DNA from: an uncultured delta proteobacterium
Lineage (GTDB): Bacteria; Myxococcota; Myxococcia; Myxococcales; Myxococcaceae
Direction: 5' to 3'
NCBI GenBank assembly: GCA_963796055.1
Contig: CAWCKH010000003.1
Coordinates: 544,001 to 608,000 of the forward strand
Length of the DNA: 64,000 nucleotides
Positions 58,633 to 64,000 of the stretch are shown in pieces (positions within the stretch are counted from its first letter, which is position 1; each line of letters starts with the position of its first letter). The translations under genes and the position numbers were made by a program. Under the pieces are notes generated by a model. It saw only the letters and a program-made list of their open reading frames with translations, did not search any database and was not told the origin of the DNA.

Positions 58633-59021
58633 CGGAACAGGCTGCGCAGGCCCCGGAAGATCAGCCAGGCGCCCAGGCCGGCACCGGCGAAGAGGGCGAA
58701 GAGACGCCGCGCGTCCGCCGACGGGTCGGGGATGCTGCGGAACTCGGCCGAGCCGCCGCGAACGCTGATGAATCCCACCGGCTGAACCTGCGCGCCTCCG
58801 CCGCCGCCCTCTCCGCTCTCGACGCCGGGGTCCGGATGGGTGCCACCGCCACCGCCGAAGCCGTAGACCACGCGCGCCACCGGAATGACGGTGACGCCGT
58901 CACGCTCGACCGGTTGCCCGTAGACCGTCTGCGCCTGGACCGAGCTGCCGACGGTTCCGGCCAGTCGCTCCAGCCAGCCAACCGACCCAGTCACCGAGTG
59001 AATCTGCTCGACGGAGCCCAT
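58629..59021 (-). CDS. YtfJ/GerW-like protein
   Basis: VYGQPVERDGVTVIPVARV..GFGGGGG..GGGGGA..PVGFI. Confidence 0.85.
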   Translation of the reverse strand: MGSVEQIHSVTGSVGWLERLAGTVGSSVQAQTVYGQPVERDGVTVIPVARVVYGFGGGGGTHPDPGVESGEGGGGGAQVQPVGFISVRGGSAEFRSIPDPSADARRLFALFAGAGLGAWLIFRGLRSLFR

Positions 59022-59174
59022 GAGGCACCTCCGTGCTCGTGCACCACCCGAGAGGTGTGCAAGAGCAGGGCCGCTGCGGCCCCCAGAGTGCGGGACCCGC
59101 CTCGGGTGCGCACCATCTGCGTGGGCCCGGGGCCGGCCTCGCCGCCACGGCCCGGGAGCGGTACAAGACGCCCC

Positions 59175-60089
59175 ATGAATGCCGACGACGCCACTCGCAT
59201 CACCCAGATCGCGCTCATGGCCGCAATGGCCGACGGGGAGATCTCCCCCGACGAGCAGCGTCAGCTCGCCTCGGTCGCCACCCGTCTCGGGGTCCCCGCC
59301 GCGACCACCGCGCTCGAGCAGCCGCAGGCTGCCCGCCAGGGCATCGGCGTGCTCGCGGCCTCGCTCTCGGACGCCGAGGCCCGACGGACCGCATACGAGG
59401 TCGCCCTCGCCGTCTGCAGCGTGGACGGAGCGCCCAACTCCCCGGAGCAGACCTTCCTCAGCGCGCTGCACGGAGCGCTCGGGCTCGCGCCGGCAGCGAC
59501 CCACGAGTTCGAGGACGAGCTCCGCCGGCTCGCCGCCGCGCCATTGGCCGGGACGCTCCCATCGGTCAGTGCCACCACCGACGCCACGCTGGACGAGCGC
59601 ATCCTCCAGCAGGCGATGCTCACCGGTGCGCTGGAGCTGCTCCCTGACCGTCTGGCAAATCTGGCGATCCTCCCGCTGCAGCTGCGGCTGGTCTACGAGG
59701 TGGGACAGCGCTACGGGCAGCAGCTCGACGCCGACCAGGTGAAGGACCTGGCCGGCACCTTCGGGCTCGGCGCGGCGGCGCAGGTCGTCGAGGGCATCGT
59801 GCGCAAGGTACTGGGCGGCGTCGCCTCGGGCATCCTCGGCGGACTCGTCGGGGGCGCCACCGGGGTGGCAGCCGGCGCGGCGGTCACCTTCGCCGCCACC
59901 TACGCGCTCGGCCACGCGGCAAAGCAGTACTACGCGCAGGGCCGGAAGCTCTCCGCGGACGACCTGCGCGCGCTCTTCACCCGCTTCCAGGGCGAGGCAC
60001 AGGCGCTGCTCCCGCAAGTGCAGGGACAGATCCAGTCGCTGGCAACACAAGTCAGGTTGCCGGACGTGCTCGCGCAGCTCCGCGGCTGA
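59175..60089 (+). CDS. TerB-like domain + DUF697-like helical protein
   Basis: ALMAAMADGEISPDEQ, AVCSVDG..EQTFL, AILPLQLRLVYEVG and AATYALG. Confidence 0.7.
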   Translation: MNADDATRITQIALMAAMADGEISPDEQRQLASVATRLGVPAATTALEQPQAARQGIGVLAASLSDAEARRTAYEVALAVCSVDGAPNSPEQTFLSALHGALGLAPAATHEFEDELRRLAAAPLAGTLPSVSATTDATLDERILQQAMLTGALELLPDRLANLAILPLQLRLVYEVGQRYGQQLDADQVKDLAGTFGLGAAAQVVEGIVRKVLGGVASGILGGLVGGATGVAAGAAVTFAATYALGHAAKQYYAQGRKLSADDLRALFTRFQGEAQALLPQVQGQIQSLATQVRLPDVLAQLRG

Positions 60090-60120
60090 GCATGGTCGGT
60101 GCGGGGGCTGAGCATGGTCG
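60084..60120 (+). repeat. 15-bp direct repeat x2
   Basis: GGCTGAGCATGGTCG at 60084-60098 and 60106-60120. Confidence 0.9.
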
Positions 60121-60146
60121 CTGGCGCGCTCCTGCGCGCTCGTCTC

Positions 60147-60563
60147 TCAGCGGCCTGCCGGACCGCCGGCCGGAGCGCGCTCGCTCACCGAGGTGAGGAA
60201 CGCCACCAGCGCCCAGCGGTCGTCGGCGCTCAAGACATTGGCCCAGGCCGGCATCGCCGAGCCCGGCACTCCGTTGGTGATGGCCTGAAACGCCCGGGAC
60301 GCGCTCTCGGGCCTGCTCCAGACCGGATCGGTGAAGTTCGCCGGCTTGCGGTCCAGGCCCATGCTCCGTGCGCCGCGCCCATCGGCGTTCTCCCCGTGAC
60401 ACAGGGCACAGTCGTCCCGGTAGAGCTGCTCTCCCCTCGCCCGCACCGCCGCGGAGCGAAGCCGCTCGTACGGGACGCTGGCCGCCTTGTCGTCCTCAGC
60501 GCACCTCGACAGGCATGCCCAGGACGCGGCGCAGGCCATCGTCAGCGCCCACCAGGGTTTCAT
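60147..60563 (-). CDS. Monoheme c-type cytochrome
   Basis: RGEQLY..CALCHG..G.G, NGVPGSAMPAW and RWALVAFL. Confidence 0.9.
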   Translation of the reverse strand: MKPWWALTMACAASWACLSRCAEDDKAASVPYERLRSAAVRARGEQLYRDDCALCHGENADGRGARSMGLDRKPANFTDPVWSRPESASRAFQAITNGVPGSAMPAWANVLSADDRWALVAFLTSVSERAPAGGPAGR

Positions 60564-61050
60564 CGTCGGTCCTCGGTCGGAGCGGATGTCCGAGCTCGGC
60601 GCAGGTCTCGATCACCCGTTCCATCAACGCTGGCACCGCCTGCGCGACCCGTGGGGTCAGCCCCAGCCCGAGCGAGACCGCCTCGGGGACCACCCCGAGC
60701 AAGGTCAGCCTGGGAGGGAGCGTTCCACGAAGCTGCGCGGCGTCCATCAGATCGCCCACACCCACCTGGTGCACACTGAGCCGGTGGGCCGCGGCCCGCG
60801 CCACCTCCTCGCCCTCGATGCGCACCAGCGTGCCCGGCTCGCCGTCGGCCCGGATCGCGTCCACCAGGAGCACGTTCCGGTACGACTCGAGCAGGGGGAG
60901 CAACCAGAGCCCGAGCGTGCCACCCTCCATCATCTTCACGCCGGGCCCCGGGCTCCAATCTTCCAGGAGCCTGGTGACCGCCACCACCCCCACCCCGTCG
61001 TCCTGACAGAGCGGGTTCCCCAGACCCAGCACCAGCAGCGGATCAAGCAC
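60496..61050 (-). CDS. hyaD: Hydrogenase maturation protease (HyaD/HybD family)
   Basis: LVLGLGNPLCQDDGVG, EGGTLG, LLVDA and SVHQ. Confidence 0.9.
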   Translation of the reverse strand: MLDPLLVLGLGNPLCQDDGVGVVAVTRLLEDWSPGPGVKMMEGGTLGLWLLPLLESYRNVLLVDAIRADGEPGTLVRIEGEEVARAAAHRLSVHQVGVGDLMDAAQLRGTLPPRLTLLGVVPEAVSLGLGLTPRVAQAVPALMERVIETCAELGHPLRPRTDDETLVGADDGLRRVLGMPVEVR

Positions 61051-61813
61051 GCCGCTTCCCCTGGTGCTCCCCCGCCTCGTCCGCCAGCTCCTTCTCCACG
61101 TCCGCGCGGTGCACGAACTTGTAACCGGAGAAGATCGAGTCCACCTCTCCGTTCTCCTCCAGCGCCGAGGTGAGCGCATTGGCGTAGACGTGCAGGGTGA
61201 CGAAGAGGATCAGCACCCACATCACCAAGTGGTGGATGAACCGTGCCGTCTGGAGGCCTCCGTAGATGGGGATCAGGAACTGGAAGCTCTTCATGTACGC
61301 GCCCGGGAGCGCGCTGCCTGCGTAGAGCGCCAGGCCCGAGGTGATCATCACCAGATACAGCAGGAAGACACCCGCGTAGGAGAGGCCCGCCAGCGGGTTG
61401 TGACCGATGACGTCCGGCGGCCGGGCACGAAAGAAGGAGTAGAACTTGATGGCATTGAGCAGCTCGCGCCGCCGGTGTCGCTGCCAGGGGATGAACTGGG
61501 GCCACCGCGCGTAGCGCACCGGCGAGGCGAAGAACCAGATCAGCCGCACCACCACCGCCAGGGTGAAGAAGATGGCGCTGTAGAAGTGCACCACCCGCAC
61601 CCAGCCCATCAGGAAGTGCGGGCCGGGCGTCGTGCCGGGAAAGCCGAAGGGATGGGCGATGTAGAGGCCGGTGGCGATGAGGATGGCCATCGCCAGCGCG
61701 ATGACCCAGTGCGTGTTCCGCACCACCAGGTCCCAGACGTACACCCGGATACGCGTGCCCTTGACCCCCAGACGCGGGATCTCCTCCGGCGGATGGGCGG
61801 CCATCGCTCTCAT
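61043..61813 (-). CDS. hyaC: [NiFe]-hydrogenase b-type cytochrome subunit
   Basis: YVWDLVVRNTHW, RVVHF, GHNPLA, HHLVMW and SIFSGYK. Confidence 0.93.
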   Translation of the reverse strand: MRAMAAHPPEEIPRLGVKGTRIRVYVWDLVVRNTHWVIALAMAILIATGLYIAHPFGFPGTTPGPHFLMGWVRVVHFYSAIFFTLAVVVRLIWFFASPVRYARWPQFIPWQRHRRRELLNAIKFYSFFRARPPDVIGHNPLAGLSYAGVFLLYLVMITSGLALYAGSALPGAYMKSFQFLIPIYGGLQTARFIHHLVMWVLILFVTLHVYANALTSALEENGEVDSIFSGYKFVHRADVEKELADEAGEHQGKRRA

Positions 61814-63507
61814 GGGGTCCTCACTCGCGCCAGCTCCCTCCGTTCCACGTCCACCACGTGGACTCCGCAGGCCATGCAGGGGTCGAAGGAGTGGACGGTG
61901 CGGAGGATCTCCAGCGGCTGCTTCGGATCCGCGACCGGCGTCTTCAGCAGCGCGGCCTCGTAAGGCCCGCGCTTCTCCGCCCCGTCGCGCGGTCCGGCGT
62001 TCCAGGTGCTGGGGACGATGCACTGGTAGTTGGCGATGACCCCGTCCTTGATGTGCACCCAGTGGCCGAGCGCGCCGCGGGGCGCCTCGTGGAACCCGGC
62101 GCCGAAGGCCTCCTTCGGCCAGGACGAGGGGTCCCACTTCCCGGTGTCGTGGATCCGGAGGTCACCCTTCTCCATGTTCGCCGCCAGGCCGTCAACCCAG
62201 GTGTCGATCTTCTCGGTCAGGAGCACCGTCTCCACGCAGCGGGCGGCGATGCGCCCCAGCGTCGAGAAGAGGGCCTCCGGGCCGACGCCCAGCGACTTCA
62301 GCACCGTGCCCACCAGCTCCTGGACTCGCTTGTGGCCGGAGCCATAGGCGACCAGCATCCGGGAGAGCGGACCGACCTCCATCGGCTCGCCGCCGTAGCG
62401 GGGCGACTTCAGCCAGCTGTACTTGGCCGCCGTCTCCAGCCGCTCGTACGGAGGCTTGGGCCCGGTGTACTTGGGCCGGGTCTCGCCATCACGGGGATGA
62501 AGCGGCTGCGCGCTGTCCTCGTACCAGCTGTGCTTCACCGACTCGGTGATCTTGCTCGCGTCGAGCGGCTCGACCTTGCCCAGGTTCTTGTTGCGGATGA
62601 TGCCGGAGGGCAGGAAGAGCGTCGGCTTGTCGTCGTCACTCTCCGGGTACTCGCCGTACACCATGTAGTTGCCGACTCCGCCGCCGACCGCCGCCCAGTC
62701 CTTGTAGAAGCTGGCCACCGCGAGCACGTCCGGCAGGTAGACCTTGCTGACGAACTCCTTGGCCCTGGCGGTCAGCTCCTTCATCCGCGCAACCGACCCC
62801 ATGTTGATCGACGCCTGCTTGTCGGGATCCACCGGCGTGGCCATGCCGCCCACCAGGAACGACTGGAGGTGGGGGTTCTTGCCGCCGAGGATGGCGTGCA
62901 TCTTGATGAAGTCTCGCTGCCAGTCGAGCGCCTCGAGGTAGTGGGCCACCGCCATGAGGTTCGCCTCCGGGGGCAGCTTGTACGCGGGGTGTCCCCAGTA
63001 GGCGTTGGCGAAGGGGCCGAGCTGGCCGCGGTCCACGAAGTCCTTGAGCCGGTTCTTGATCCCGGCGAAGTACTTGGTGCTCGACAGCGGCCAGTCGGAG
63101 ATGGACTGGGTCAGTGCCGAGGTCTTCTCCGGATCCGCCTTGAGCGCCGAGACCACGTCCACCCAGTCCAGCGCGTGCAGATGGTAGAAGTGGATGACGT
63201 GGTCCTGGATGCACTGCGAGGCCATGATCAAATTTCGCAGCACCCGTGCATTGGGCGGAGGCTTGGCCCCGATCGCGTTCTCCACCGCTCGGATCGAAGC
63301 GATGGCGTGCACCGTGGTGCACACCCCGCAGATGCGCTGGGTGAACGCCCAGGCGTCGCGTGGGTCACGACCCTTGAGGATGAGCTCGATGCCGCGAAAC
63401 ATCGTGCTCGACGACCAGGCGTCTTGCACCTGGCCGCCATCGACCTCTGCCTCGATCCTGAGATGTCCCTCGATCCGGGTGACCGGATCCACCACCACGT
63501 GACTCAT
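61810..63507 (-). CDS. hyaB: Group 1 [NiFe]-hydrogenase large subunit
   Basis: VDPVTRIEGH; L1 QRICGVCTTVH; L2 SFDPCMACGVH plus C-terminal extension. Confidence 0.97.
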   Translation of the reverse strand: MSHVVVDPVTRIEGHLRIEAEVDGGQVQDAWSSSTMFRGIELILKGRDPRDAWAFTQRICGVCTTVHAIASIRAVENAIGAKPPPNARVLRNLIMASQCIQDHVIHFYHLHALDWVDVVSALKADPEKTSALTQSISDWPLSSTKYFAGIKNRLKDFVDRGQLGPFANAYWGHPAYKLPPEANLMAVAHYLEALDWQRDFIKMHAILGGKNPHLQSFLVGGMATPVDPDKQASINMGSVARMKELTARAKEFVSKVYLPDVLAVASFYKDWAAVGGGVGNYMVYGEYPESDDDKPTLFLPSGIIRNKNLGKVEPLDASKITESVKHSWYEDSAQPLHPRDGETRPKYTGPKPPYERLETAAKYSWLKSPRYGGEPMEVGPLSRMLVAYGSGHKRVQELVGTVLKSLGVGPEALFSTLGRIAARCVETVLLTEKIDTWVDGLAANMEKGDLRIHDTGKWDPSSWPKEAFGAGFHEAPRGALGHWVHIKDGVIANYQCIVPSTWNAGPRDGAEKRGPYEAALLKTPVADPKQPLEILRTVHSFDPCMACGVHVVDVERRELARVRTP

Positions 63508-64000
63508 GACGCGCCCCCTGCCTTGCCGGCCGGGGCGTTGTCACCGGGAGGACCGGCACCGTTTTCCTTCTTCTTCCCGGCGTTCTGGATGCCCTTGATC
63601 ACGCCGTGCCCGACGTACGCCGCCGCGGTGCCCACGGTGAGCCAGGCGCCGACCGTGTCCACGCTGGACCCGGCGCCGAATCCGGCCACGGCGGGCAGGT
63701 GCTTGTAGAACGGCGTCATCTTGTCCCAGAAGTCCGGCTCGGCGCAGCCGATGCACGGGTGGCCGCAGCCGATGGGCCAGTTGGTGCCCTCGTTCCAGCG
63801 GACGGTGGGGCAGTTCTGGTAGGTCACCGGCCCCTTGCAGCCCATCTTGTAGAGACAGGCCCCCGAGCGGTGCGCGTCGTCTCCCCAGAGCTCCACGTAC
63901 TGCCCGGCGTCGAAGTGCGCCCGGCGCTCGCAGTTGTCGTGGATGGTCTTGCCGTAGGCGAACAGCGGCCGGCGGAAGCCGTCGAGCGGCGGCCAGCGCT
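63504..64000 (-). CDS. hyaA: [NiFe]-hydrogenase small subunit, C-terminal part (5' outside window)
   Basis: IHDNCERR, CLYKMGCKGP and GHPCIGC, then a TM anchor. Confidence 0.95.
   Translation of the reverse strand, partial: RWPPLDGFRRPLFAYGKTIHDNCERRAHFDAGQYVELWGDDAHRSGACLYKMGCKGPVTYQNCPTVRWNEGTNWPIGCGHPCIGCAEPDFWDKMTPFYKHLPAVAGFGAGSSVDTVGAWLTVGTAAAYVGHGVIKGIQNAGKKKENGAGPPGDNAPAGKAGGAS

Overview
A high-GC bacterial window, most likely from a Myxococcota (Anaeromyxobacter/Myxococcaceae-like) genome; this is inferred from gene content and protein style. In order: (1) a MoxR/DUF58/SpoIIM/RDD operon followed by a Ser/Thr kinase that appears frameshift-fused to a second RDD-like gene; (2) tRNA-Arg(CCG) followed by a decayed island mosaic of about 10 kb (three tyrosine-integrase remnants, a kinase-TolB/ECF sigma pair, a vanadium haloperoxidase-like gene, a Phd/RelE toxin-antitoxin pair, ArsR-SRPBCC, several pseudogenes and a degenerate tRNA-Glu-like relic); (3) an uncharacterised cluster of two Npt/TLC-like nucleotide translocases (one fused to HEAT repeats), a cNMP-binding protein, an Omp85-like barrel, a lipoprotein with atypical-kinase motifs and two PAP2 phosphatases, which is the best candidate for an undescribed system; (4) urtABCDE plus a plant/fungal-like urease cluster (ureD, fused ureAB, ureC, ureF, His-rich ureG, no ureE) behind a candidate sigma-54 promoter; (5) a 5'-truncated GntR, an M1 peptidase, a NifA-like activator and an ABC-2 exporter; (6) a complete V/A-type ATP synthase operon; (7) an FAD oxidoreductase, DUF302, a Pcm-erythromycin esterase fusion, YtfJ-like and TerB-like genes and a cytochrome c; (8) a group 1 [NiFe]-hydrogenase operon running off the right edge. 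No CRISPR array or rRNA was seen. All family assignments come from motif recognition by eye, not database searches.
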